Positions 31,254 to 47,371 of a DNA stretch of 64,000 nucleotides are shown here, piece by piece. Position numbers and translations under genes: made by a program. Origin of the DNA: the human T2T-CHM13v2.0 reference genome, Homo sapiens; the NCBI RefSeq assembly GCF_009914755.1, contig NC_060934.1, one strand, 5' to 3'. Position 1 is the stretch's first letter; the number at the start of each line of letters is the position of its first letter. The notes under the pieces were generated by a model. The model was not told the origin of the DNA. It worked only from the letters and a program-made list of their open reading frames with translations, and did not search any database.

Positions 31254-32734
31254 CTAAATCTGAGAAACAGGTGCATAGTCAACAAGGTTTTCAGAAAACC
31301 CTGCAGGCACATCCTATTCACAGCACCGGGAGCTAGTTCATTGAGCCTTTAAGCATTGAGAGTTAAGATTTCCCATATCTCAGTGGATTCTCTTTGGTTA
31401 GAGCAAAACCAACAAAGACAGGAGGCTAAGTACAAACAACCACCGGAGACCAAAATGTCAGTTTCTTAGGCATAATGAAGGGCTTCAAAGGGTTGTCAGG
31501 GCAAGTTAAGTGCAGTGGTAAGAAAGCAGGTAAACCCTATGCTTATTCTGTGCATGGTGTGGTTTTGATGATCCTCTGGGAACCAGGGGGCCAGAAGTAT
31601 ACAGAGCGGCTCAGATTTTGGTCTTTCTCTTCTCAGAGGCCAAAGGAAACTAGACTGTCATCTGCTTTTTGGTGGTTTTATGCAGCATCGTTCAACTGCA
31701 CTTAGTGACACAGCTTTACCCATTTCTTTCCGTTCTTTAGGCAAACATTAAATCATAAAACTTTCCACAGTACTTAAGAGACATTTAGCTGCCAAATGAT
31801 GAATCAAATGTGTGATTTAAGCACTGAAATTCAAAGTTTAATGTCACTTTTATCATTTCATTTTATTATATCCTATAAAATACAGAGCCGTAACTTATAA
31901 TGACAATGGCAATCACATACGATACATTCTGTAGATTCACTTCTAATACTATCAGAATGTATTTTAGATAGATTGCAAAGTCCATACACAACTAACACAC
32001 AGGGCTTTTGACTTTGGTTTCAAAGGTTTTATATGGTGTCTCAAAAGCCAAGCCCTAAAAATTCAGGAGATGTTCTTTTGAATTCACCTTAATATGAGGC
32101 TGATTTTATAGCTTAGGGCTCCTACTGAGAAAGAAGCCAGTTCCTTCTTTGCTGTGGGTTGAGACAAGTGTGAAAGAGTCTGTTTTCTAAGTAGACCACA
32201 GCTACTTTCATGAGCTAAATAAAGAGAAGAAACACATATAAGACTGTTAGTCGGGGGAAGCTGACATTTAGAAGGTGTCTAATCTAGTTTGGTTTTCTGC
32301 ATTGATCAAATTCATGGAATAATTGTTTCCTAGTCCTCTTCCTTTACCTGAAGAGTCAGGGGAAAGAGGCCAGTTCAGAATGGTCATGGTGGCCTGGGAG
32401 TGGCTTGCCCTCCTTGATCTTTCACTGAGGATGATGGCAGCTACGCAAACCGCACCTAACTTTTCAGGACCGTGCTGCTTAATGTGACAGGACATTTTAT
32501 TTACAATTCAACAGTGTCAACACGGTGGTAATAACGTGAGAAGATGATTTCGTTGTTGGCAAATAGATCCTTTCAATTGGTTGATAAAATTGGGAGAGTG
32601 TTGATAGGATTGCAGATTACCTGGGAAAAACGTTTGAAGTTATTACCTTGGAAGTATAAACCAGGTAGCTTTACCTGGAAACTTAATTGCTAAAATCTTT
32701 AATTTTCTGTGGATTTGGGTTTTTGGATTTTTTT

Positions 32735-32758
32735 GGGGGGGGGGGGGGGTGGGGTGGG
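32735..32758 (+). repeat. G15 homopolymer plus G-runs
   Basis: G15-T-G4-T-G3. Confidence 0.9.
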
Positions 32759-32888
32759 TTTTTGTTTTGTTTTGTTTTTTTGCAATCTCTTGTTAACTTG
32801 TTTTATTTCCAGTCAAACTGGGCAAAGTCCCCATTACATTGGCAGGGTTGTGATCACCGCATCCCTGAGATCTTCCCTTCTGGAGCAG

Positions 32889-33252
32889 TGTTATGGTTTG
32901 GCTCTGTGTCCCCACCCAAATCTCCCCTTGAATTGTAATAATCCCCAGGTGTCAAGGGTGGGACCAGGTGGACAAAATTGAATCATAGGGTAGTTTCCCC
33001 TATACTGTCCTTGTGATAGTGAGTGAGTTCTCATGAGATCTTGTGGTTTTATAAGGGGCTCCCCTCTTCACTTGGCTCTTGCTTCTCTCACCTGCCACCA
33101 TGTAAGACATGCCTGTTTCACCTTCCGCCATGATCGTGAGTTGCCTGAGGCCCCCCAGCCATGTGGAACTGTGAGTCAATTAAACCTCTTTTCTTTATAA
33201 ATTACCCAGTCTCAGATGTGTCTTCATAGCAGCATGGAAATAGACTGATACA
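32889..33252 (+). mobile_element. THE1 (C/D-like) MaLR solo LTR
   Basis: TG...CA termini, TGGTTTGGCTCTGTGTCCCCACCCAAATCTC start, ATTAAA signal and 5-bp TSD AGCAG. Confidence 0.93.
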
Positions 33253-35153
33253 AGCAGGAAGTCAGATTTGCACTACAAAAGGCTCATTCCACTCTACTGG
33301 GATGACTGGTCCCATGCCCAGCCTTATCTTCTTATATGTGGAACTCTGAGTCTGCCCTGATCCCACCTTCTTGATGAAATCTTACATAGTGGTTTTCCTA
33401 CCTAAATTCCTGATCTCTGGCCATTGTATGCTCCCTAACCCTTGTTTCAGGAACTGGCAGCATATGCTCCTTACCTGTTTCGATTCTGCTTTTCTGTGCC
33501 CATGAAAACACCCTACACTTAAACTGTGGTGCCGTTTTTTCATTTCAGTATTTCACCAAAGAGTCTCTTGTGGAAGTGCTGCACAGATGGGCACATGCAA
33601 AGTGCTGATACAGTGGACCTGAATTGTTTTTAATGGATACTGGTCACCTCTGCCCAAACGGACTGCCATAGAAATACTAAAGGTTAACTTTCCTCCACCT
33701 CAGATTTGCTACTGAAATTAACAGAGCTCACTTGAGAGATGAATTTGCTCTTTAAAAATTTATTTCCTATGCATTTTCTCTTCCTGTAAATGGGAACCTG
33801 GGATCTCAAAAAACTAAATTAAAATTATCAAATACTATTGAACGAACCTAATGAAAATTTTAACCAAAAGTCATTGTAAATTAGGTATGTTCTATACTGA
33901 GAACACAAGCCTTTGAAAAGTAGGTATTGTTCTTATGTAAACTCATGAATGGAGACTTCCTTGAATAAATTACTTCTTAATAACATCAGAGAGTCATTGG
34001 CTGGCTAAATATCTCCCTAGGGCACTCACTGAGATTCCTGAATTTAAATGTTCAATAGAACTTCATATTTGTCACCTTTACTAATGAGTTTTTCTTTATG
34101 AAATCATTATAAGCATGAAAAAGTTAAATTTTGTATCTAATTTCTAGAATTAATGCTGTCTAAAAGACCTCAAGGGGTTGAAAGTTTTCTTGCCGGGATG
34201 CAACATTTACATAATTTCTATTGCCCCAGTGTTTACACTCTCCTACCCACTGTCAATTTGCTACCTGAGGCATGAGAAAGAAAAATGATCAGAACAGCCA
34301 GAATGTCTGGGAATTTCTGCAAATAGGAACAATGGATCTTCTCAAAAGAGCAGAGAGCAAAATGCTGTCTCCTATTCTGACTTGTGATTCAAGCATACAA
34401 AGCCTTACCATTGTTCTTTCTAAAGTACAGACTCACAGCAAGGGCTACTACTGCTGCTACATTTATGATATTCGCGAACAAGTTTATCACCATGGTTAAA
34501 CAATTCCCCGAGTTACAAGAATCTGTTTTGTTATAGTCAGTCTGGAGTTTTTATTCTTGGATTTAGGATTTTACCTGCATTTCTTTCATTTTAACATGAC
34601 AGCCGATGGACTAAGTTCTGTCTTGTCAAAGCAAGAACTGTAGGTCCTGTAACTGCAGCTTGAAACTATCAGTATATCTCACGTTGCAGAATCCTTTAAG
34701 GTAGGAGATAAAGTGCTTGTTTATAAACAGATCTGGACTGCTTTTCCACATAGGGGACAGTGAAGCAAAGCTATGACATTTCCAAGATGCCACTGCCTTG
34801 ACCACAGTCAGAAAGAAAGATGCTAACAAATTATAACCACTGCCTTCCAGTGCTGCCCAGACCCGACCCAGCCTCCTCCATTTAGTGTGTTTAACTAGAC
34901 TCCCAAATTCATAAGTATCATTGTGCCACAACAGAGTAAACCAATTGAATAGCTGATGCATGTCCAGTACAGAGAAAGTCCTGGGTACAACAGAGGGACC
35001 TCAATGCATTACTCCTTGATCACCAGTTATTCCTGGCACCTTTATAATATTTACAGTATTTAGCATCCCTAAGAATGGAACCAATACTTTAAACCAACTC
35101 GTGATGATATAATTGGTTGTATGAAAATAAATGGTACTAGCCAGTTTTTTTTT

Positions 35154-35485
<332 letters not shown>

Positions 35486-35518
35486 TCATTTCTGAGTTCC
35501 ATAATTTTTGTTACCTTT

Positions 35519-35898
35519 TGTATTAGTCCATCCTCATACTGCTCTAAAGAACTACCTGAGACTGGGTAACTTATGAAGAAGAGAGGTTTAATTGGCTCAC
35601 AGCTGCACAGATTTAACAGGAAGCATTACCAGGAGGCCTCAGGAAATTGACAATCATGGTGAAAGGGGAGGGGGAAGCAAGGACCTTCTTCACATGGTGG
35701 CAGGAGAGAGAAACAGTGAAGAGGGAAGTGCCACACACTTTTAAACCATCAGATCTCATGAGGACTCACTATCATGAGAACAGCAAGGTGGAAAATCTGC
35801 CCCCATGATCCAGTCACCTCCACCAGGTCCCTCCCCCAACACTTAGGATTACAAATCAACATGATATTTGGGTGGGGACACAGAGCTAAACCATATCA
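35519..35898 (-). mobile_element. THE1D/MSTA-like MaLR solo LTR
   Basis: TGTATTAGTCC...GGGGACACAGAGCTAAACCATATCA; 5-bp TSD CCTTT. Confidence 0.93.
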
Positions 35899-37025
35899 CC
35901 TTTGCAGTATATCAAATTAAAAAGCACATTTCACAAAATCATAACATGAAAAATGAAAACTAGTATTTGAATATACTTCATAGCACTATGAAATACTTTC
36001 AACATGCAGGCTAAAGACATGAACAAGATTACTCATGGATAGTTTATGACAACGAATTTACTCCTAAGCTAACACCAGAAAAGGCATTCAAATCACATGA
36101 ACCAAAACAGATTCACCGAAGAACCTGGATTAGCAAATAACCGAGAGTGTACACCAACCTCCTCAAACAAAGCCCTCTATTCAGCCAAGGAATTTCAATA
36201 GAATTGAAAGTTCATTTCACATTATGCAACAAATTTAACGAAATATGTACGTGTGAACAAAATTCTATATCTATACATAACATGTTCCTACTGAATTTCA
36301 ACAGAAATCAAACATGAAATCCCACAGGAAGTATTTCATTCAACAAGTATATGTGGAGGACATTCCAAGCACCAGTCAGATCTACATGCAGAGACTCCAG
36401 TGGCAGGTTTCAGAATATACAAGATTGAGAATGAGGTTTAAACTGATGACCATCTCTGTGGAACATAAGCTATAATGTCCATATATGGGTGCTAGGAGCT
36501 ACAGTCTCCAGTAATACTGTTTCTCTTTGTATCATTTTTCTGAATTCTGACCTCTCTCCTCTTCTTCATTGGCTTCTAAGACTATATAGGTTTCCTCCTT
36601 GCTGAAGATTTTCTACCTCACCTTAGAAATTCCCAGAACTTTGCACCTTTCCCTTTGTGACTGGTTCATTATGATGCCCGAATTGCAGGTGTTACCCTGT
36701 AGCATACGATGTCCTCCAGACTGTAGCTTCCTTGAGTTAGAGGCTTGAGTTTGCTTGAGCAAATCAAACATGTTTCCCAGTCTATCAGCCTACATGATTA
36801 AGGTTATCTATACATCTTACTAAGTGTTATCATGTGTATGTGTGTGTATGCACACACATAGATTAAAATAATACACTGTATAAAATACAGTGAGTGCCAA
36901 AATAAAAGTACAGAATGAAGGCACAAATGCCTACCCGCTCCCATCAAGCATCCCATCAGTACACAATGGTTGACAACAGTGCAGGACCAGAAGACAGACC
37001 ACCTGCATGCAAAATACCAGCTCAT

Positions 37026-37318
37026 GGTTGGGCACAGTGGTGCATGCCTATAATCTCAGCACTTTGGGAGGCTGAGGTGGGCAGATCACTTGAGGTCAGG
37101 GGTTCGAGAACAGTGTGGCCATGATGGTGAAACCCCATCTCTACTAAAAATACAAAAATTAGCCTGGCATGGTGATGCACGCCTATAATACCAGCTACTC
37201 AGGAGGCTGAGGCATGAGAATCACTTGAACTGGGGAGGCAGAGGTTGCAGTGAGCCTAGATCGTGCCAACTGCATTCCAGCCTGGGTGACAGTGAAACTC
37301 TGTCTCGAAAAAACAAAC
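37026..37318 (+). mobile_element. AluS (Sx/Sz-like)
   Basis: Full dimer; TSD AAATACCAGCTCA (37012-37024 / 37319-37331). Confidence 0.95.
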
Positions 37319-37651
37319 AAATACCAGCTCAACCTCCTTCAAGCTTATGTCCTCAAGGAACTTATTTTTCTTACATTATCTCAGTTTTCTTTTCAGAGAA
37401 AAGGGAAATCGCCATATTCCTAGGATTATGGTGATTTTTTTTTATTATTATACTTTAAGTTTTAGGGTGCATGTGCACATTGTGCAGGTTAGTTACATAT
37501 GTATACATATGCCATGCTGGTGCGCTGCACCCACTAACTCGTCATCTAGCATTAGGTATATCTCCCAGTGCTATCCCTCCCCTCTCCCCCCACCCCACAA
37601 CAGTCCCCAGAGTGTGATGTTCCCCTTCCTGTGTCCATGTGATCTCATTGT

Positions 37652-41502
<3,851 letters not shown>

Positions 41503-41538
41503 TTAGTTGATGCAGTTTCTTCCTAGTCTCGATGGTCT

Positions 41539-42555
41539 TTACATTTTGGCATGATTTTGCAGCGGCTGGTACCGATTGTTCCTTTCCATGTTTAGCACTT
41601 CCTTCAGGAGCTCTTTTAGGGCAGGCCTGGTGGTGACAAAATCTCTCAGCATTTGCTTGTCTGTAAAGTATTTTATTTCTCCTTCGCTTATGAAGCTTAG
41701 TTTGGCTGGATATGAAATTCTGGGTTGAAAATTCTTTTCTTTAAGAATGTTGAATATTGGCCCCCACTCTCTTCTGGCTTGTAGGGTTTCTGCCGAGAGA
41801 TCCGCTGTTAGTCTGATGGGCTTCCCTTTGAGGGTAACCCGACCTTTCTCTCTGGCTGCCCTTAACGTTTTTTCCTTCATTTCAACTTTGGTGAATCTGA
41901 CAATTATGTGTCTTGGAGTTGCTCTTCTCGAGGAGTATCTTTGTGGCGTTGTCTGTATTTCCTGAATCTGAACGTTGGCCTGCCTTGCTAGATTGGGGAA
42001 GTTCTCCTGGATAATATCCTGCAGAGTGTTTTCCAACTTGGTTCCATTCTCCCAATCACTTTCAGGTACACCAATCAGACGTAGATTTGGTCTTTTCACA
42101 TAGTCCCATATTTCTTGGAGGCTTTGCTCATTTCCTTTTATTCTTTTTTCTCTAAACTTCCCATCTCGCTTCATTTCATTCATTTCTTCTTCCATTGCTG
42201 ATACCCTTTCTTCCAGTTGATCGCATCGGCTCCTGAGGCTTCTGCATTCTTCACGTAGTTCTCGAGCCTTGGTTTTCAGCTCCATCAGCTCCTTTAAGCA
42301 CTTCTCTGTATTGGTTATTCTAGATATACATTCTGCTAAATTTTTTTCAAAGTTTTCAACTTCTTTGCCTTTGGTTTGAATGTCCTCCCGTAGCTCAGAG
42401 TAATTTGATCATCTGAAGCCTTCTTCTCTCAGCTCGTCAAAGTCATTCTCCATCCAGCTTTGTTCCGTTGCTGGTGAGGAACTGCGTTCCTTTGGAGGAG
42501 GAGAGGTGCTCTGCTTTTTAGAGTTTCCAGTTTTTCTGTTCTGTTTTTTCCCCAT
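41539..42555 (-). pseudogene. L1 ORF1p with a premature stop at codon 49
   Basis: ATG at 42555 (MGKKQNRK) and a 1017-nt span. TGA at 42411-42409 (CGA>TGA); the remaining 248 aa are open. Confidence 0.95.
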
Positions 42556-43427
42556 CTTTGTGGTTTTACTTTTGGTCTTTGATGATGGTGATGTACAGAT
42601 GGGTTTTTGGTGTGGATGTCCTTTCTGTTTGTTAGTTTTCCTTCTAACAGACAGGACTCTCAGCTGGAGGTCTGTTGGAGTACCCTGCCGTGTGAGGTGT
42701 CAGTGTGCCCCTGCTGGGGGGTGCCTCCCAGTTAGGCTGCTCAGGGGTCAGGGGTCAGGGACCCACTTGAGGAGGCAGTCTGCCCGTTCTCAGATCTCCA
42801 GCTGCATGCTGGGAGAACCACTGCTCTCTTCAAAGCTGTCAGACAGGGACATTTAAGTCTGCAGAGGTTACTGCTGTCTTTTTGTTTGTCTGTGCCCTGC
42901 CCCCAGAGGTGGAGCCTACAGAGGCAGGCAGGCCTCCTTGAGCTGTGGTGGGCTCCACCCAGTTCGAGCTTCCCTGCTGCTTTGTTTACCTAAGCAAGCC
43001 TGGGCAATGGCGGGCGCCCCTCCCCCAGCCTCGCTGCGGCCTTGCAGTTTGATCTCAGACTGTTGTGCTAGCAACCAGTGAGATTCCGTGGGTGTAGGAC
43101 CCTCCGAGCCAGGTGTGGGATATAGTCTCGTGGTGCGCCGTTTTTTAAGCCCATCGGAAAAGCGCAGTATTTGGGTGGGAGTGACTCGATTTTCCAGGTG
43201 CCGTCCGTCACCCCTTTCTTTGACCCCTTGCGCTTCCCAAGTGAGGCAATGCCTTGCCCTGCTTCGGCTAGCGCACGGTGCGTGCACCCAATGACCTATG
43301 CCCACTGTCTGGCACTCCCTAGTGAGATGAACCCGGTACCTCAGATGGAAATGCAGAAATCACCCGTCTTCTGCGTCGCTCACGCTGGGAGCTGTAGAGG
43401 GGAGCTGTTCCTATTCGGCCATCTTGC
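42556..43427 (-). promoter_or_regulatory. L1 5' UTR: internal sense promoter (YY1 site) and antisense promoter
   Basis: CpG-rich L1PA 5' UTR; YY1 core AAGATGGCC retained at ~43417-43425. Confidence 0.85.
43007..43081 (+). pseudogene. L1 ORF0, truncated to 24 aa
   Basis: ATG GCG GGC GCC CCT CCC CCA (MAGAPPPASL...) with CGA>TGA at 43079-43081. Confidence 0.85.
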
Positions 43428-43894
43428 GATTATGGTGATTTTTAAGGTACATGTTCAAGGATTAGAAAACAAAATATCTTCAAGATGTTTGGTAATAACA
43501 TGATTAACACATGTTATTATGATGATGTCCTGCTTTAGAAGGAGACAAAAAAAAAAAAGTGGTTGTCCACCCATAGCAAGCATCTGACCTGAGTTTGGGG
43601 TATGTTGAGCATAAAGCCTGAATATAGAGGGTAATAAATGAGAAGATGGAGACATTAACAAGGGTGGGAATTGCCAGCATGGTAGTGGTTTTTTGCAGGA
43701 TGTTTGCAATGGGACAGACGAATGGAGAATGAGTGATACATTACCAAAGCAGCTCTTGAATGACAAGCTGTCCATTGTCAATAAGGAGGGCCCCAGAAAA
43801 CCCAGCTCATGAAGTGGGCACTGCAGCATTGCTTAAGGCCAGTGTGCAAATTGGAAGCTGGACGGAGACCAGTCTGTGGGCATCAGTGAGGTTG

Positions 43895-44543
43895 ATATCT
43901 TAGTCTGTTCGGGCTGCTCTAACAAAATACGCTAGACTCGGGGTCTCCTAAGCAATCAAGAAATTGACTTCTCACAGTTCTAGAGGCTGGGAAGTCTGAG
44001 GTCAAGACACTGACGGATGTAGCATCTGGTGAGGAACCTCTTTCAGGTTGCAGACTGCCAATCGGTAGCTGCATCCTCACATGGCAAAAGGACGCTAGCT
44101 CTCTCAGGTTTCTTTTATAAAGACATGAATCTCATTCTTGAGGGCCTCACCCTCATGACCTCATCACCTCCCAAAGGCCGCACCCCCCCAATACCATCAC
44201 CATGGAGATTAGGTTTTGGGTTTGGTTTTGTCTGAGACAGGGTCTTGCTCTGTCACCCAGGCTGGAGTCCAGTGGCACAATCGGATTTCAGCTCACTGCA
44301 GCCTGCATCTCCTGGCTTCAAGGAATTCTCCCACTTCAGCCTCCTGAGTAGCTGGGATTACAGGCATGTGCCACTACTCCCAGCTAATTTTTGTATTTTT
44401 AGTACAGACAGGGTTTTACCATGTTTGGCCAGGCTGGTCTGGAACTCCTGACCTGAGGTGATCCGCCCACTTCAGCCTCCCAAAGAAGAGTAGGTTTTAA
44501 CATATCAATTGGGGGGTGGGGCACACACCTTCAGACCTTAGCA
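43895..44543 (-). mobile_element. MLT1A-like MaLR LTR, split by an Alu
   Basis: TCTTAGTCTGTTCGGGCTGCT..AACAAAATAC..CACAGTTCTAGAGGCTGGGAAGTC...TTCAGACCTTAGCA. Confidence 0.88.
44218..44485 (-). mobile_element. Alu (S-like), missing ~35 nt at its 5' end
   Basis: Alu body ends at CCTCCCAAAG; TSD-like TAGGTTTT on both sides. Confidence 0.9.
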
Positions 44544-44699
44544 GGTGGTGTGATAACATCAAGCCATAGCTAAATAGCAGTCAGTTTATTTCGTAGATCC
44601 TAAAAAGTTGTCCAATATGACAGTAAATCTATGACAGAATATTCAGTTTCACTATAAAATGGCTCCAGGAAAAGAACTGAAGCCAATGGAATCGATTAA

Positions 44700-44910
44700 T
44701 AGCACTCAGATTGGTAGAAGAGTCCCATAAATCAGGTGGCTCCTGTGACTTTATGCAGGCGAACTGACTTTGATCTCCGCTTTGATTCCTTCATCTGGAA
44801 CAAGTAAATAACAAAACCAACATCTCTCGGGATACAAGGAGGATTAATAAGAAAGACAAAACCTATGAAAGTACTTAGCAAAGTATTTGATATACATATG
44901 TAACATTCTT
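44700..44910 (+). mobile_element. MIR
   Basis: TTCCTTCATCTGGAACAAG...GAGGATTAATAAGAAA..ATGAAAGTACTTAGCA. Confidence 0.55.
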
Positions 44911-45729
44911 TTCTTTGCTTTTCCTAATTTCATCTACAAAATTACATATCCATTTGTTTTCAGAATAATCCATCCAAACCACGGATCACCTACCTTCTCA
45001 GTAAACTGCAGGTCTGGGTGAGGTGTGTATTTAATAGCTTGCTTGTGCAACCAACACGTTTTGGTCTCAACTACTTCCCAGCTGACTTCTGCTTTATCCT
45101 CTCTCACTTTACAGAAAAGTCAGCAATGAAAGACTTCTCATAGCGGTCATCGATTTGTTATCACAAACAAATCATGAAAGACAGTACAAAAATTAAAGAC
45201 CCATCCTTACACACCAACACAAAAGGAAGGGTGTCTAGAGGCAGTCTTTTCAACAACACCCACACACTGTCATCACCATCTTAATCATCACTCTTGATTA
45301 TAAAATTCAGTAATGAATTCTATCTTTGAAACTAGCTTGCAGTGTGGCTTTAGGTAAATATATAATATACTCATAAATGTGTACATATCATACATAATTA
45401 TATTATATAACATACTAGTAAATTAGTGTATATAAAAATGCTTATATAGTATCCATATAATATACTAGTGTATGTTATCTATGTATATTTATATAACATA
45501 TATTTGAATTTCCTCACAATAAAATACCTCAGCTTCTCACAGAATTTTTTTGAGGAACAAGTAAAACAGTAGATGTAAAAGATGCATTGAAAAATGAAAT
45601 ATTTCCCCAATATTGTGCATTCATATCTGTATATATACACATACATATCAAATTTATGAAAGAAAATAATATATGTTTTTGAGGACACCTCTAAGTTTCT
45701 TTCTGATAGTAAAATAACAATCATGACAG

Positions 45730-46300
45730 TAATTATTCAATCAGGATTTCAATATAATCTGTGGGTCCCATAAGGACTTCTTTTTGTGCTTCCTGGGTCT
45801 GGCAGGTGGTAGAGATGGGGATATCAATGGTGAGCAATTCATACACAGTTTTTGTCCTTGTAGAGATGGATACTTAGACAGTTAGCAAATTATTGCAAAT
45901 TGTCTCAGCACTGTATGGATAAGAACAGAGCAAATAAGCAATCATGAAAGCATTCCAGGAGGAAGTGACATTTGATCTGTCATCATGGTGATTTGCAGTT
46001 ATCTAGGTAGACAGACAGTGTGGGGGAATGGGGAGGAGGTGACGGGTGAGGAAGCACCTCGCAGACAGAGGGGGATGCCTGACTGCAGATGGCTTGTACA
46101 TTTGAGGAACTGAAAGAAGACTGGAAAAGTGAGAGAGGCCAAGATTGCCAGAGAAGGCTGGACTTTGCTGGAGCCTTGTTGATCATTGTAAAGATTTTGG
46201 TCTTTCAGAGCCATGAAACTACTTCTGGCTTTTCAGTTGGAGTGAAGAGATTTGTGTTTCCTGAATGATGTCTCTGGTGGCCTATTGTGAAGAATAGAAC
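45730..46300 (-). mobile_element. L2 relic
   Basis: CCAGGAGGAAGTGACATTTGA..., GGAGCCTTGTTGATCATTGTAAAGATTTTGG. Confidence 0.7.
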
Positions 46301-46792
46301 AGCATCGCCGTAGTTTCCAGTTCTCACAGCCTTTTCCTTCCATCTTCATGGAGACTGCTCTAATCTACGTAGAAGCAGCAGAGGCCCAAATACTGAAATG
46401 CTGATATTTCAGTATTTCCAGAAAAAGCCTAGCCTCCACCTTAACCTGAGAATTTCACCCCCACTAGGTATCTGGAATTCCCAGACAAAAGGGTTACCCC
46501 TTTGGATTTCAGCCTTGTCCTTGTTCAAATGCTAAAAACATGCTGAGAAGTAATGCAGAAACTCTGTGTGTCCATTGCATCTCGATATGGATAAATCATT
46601 GAATCATTGCATGGGAAGAGGTTTTATTCAGGAAGAGGCAGAATAAGAGACCCAATACAGGAAGGCTGATCAGGAACATGAGCAGCCCCAGGGAAGAGGG
46701 AAAAGAAGAAAGGGAGGCCCAAGGCTGGGTTCACAGACTCTGTTGTTCATTCCAGTCACTTCCTTTTGGGAGAATTGTTTACATGCAGCCTC

Positions 46793-47371
46793 TGAAGGAG
46801 TGAAGGATGCGCCATACCAAAATACAACAGATTGTTATATGGATTGTTTTGAGTTGACCACATTCTAGATATTGCAGTTTTAAAACAGGTGGGCTGAACT
46901 GTCTCTTCCTGCTTGCAGCATAGCATAAAGATTCCTCTGGGAGAGGCCCCATACCTGTACCAAGGCAAGAAAACAGACCTCATCACCAGAGACTGAGCGC
47001 TGGGGCCTGCAATGGACCTGAATTAATAGACTTCTCAAAGTAACCCTTACTTCTACTACTTTTACACTCCCCACTCCTATGTATCTCCTAGTGACTCCTG
47101 TAGAAATTGACTGCCCCTTGGCTACCTATTCTTTGCCTTGTAATTTCTTCTCAAATTGATCATTCTTTGTCTAAAAAGTATAAAAGCAACTTCCTTTGGC
47201 TACTTCTTCACCTCTCTCTCTTCAGAAGATCTCTATGTACATTTAAAGCTAATACAATTGATATGCTTCTTTCTTGTTCATCAGCCTGGTGTCAGTTTGG
47301 TTGCTAGTTTCAGCCAAAGGGCCCACATAAGAGTTTAAGGGAGATTGGAGGTGACCTCTGACTCTCCTACG
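46793..47371 (+). mobile_element. ERV1 solo LTR, MER34-like
   Basis: TGAAGGAG..ATGCGCCATACCAAAATAC..GGATTGTTTTGAGTTG start, TATAAAA box at ~47180 and 4-bp TSD CCTC (46789-46792 / 47372-47375). Confidence 0.75.
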
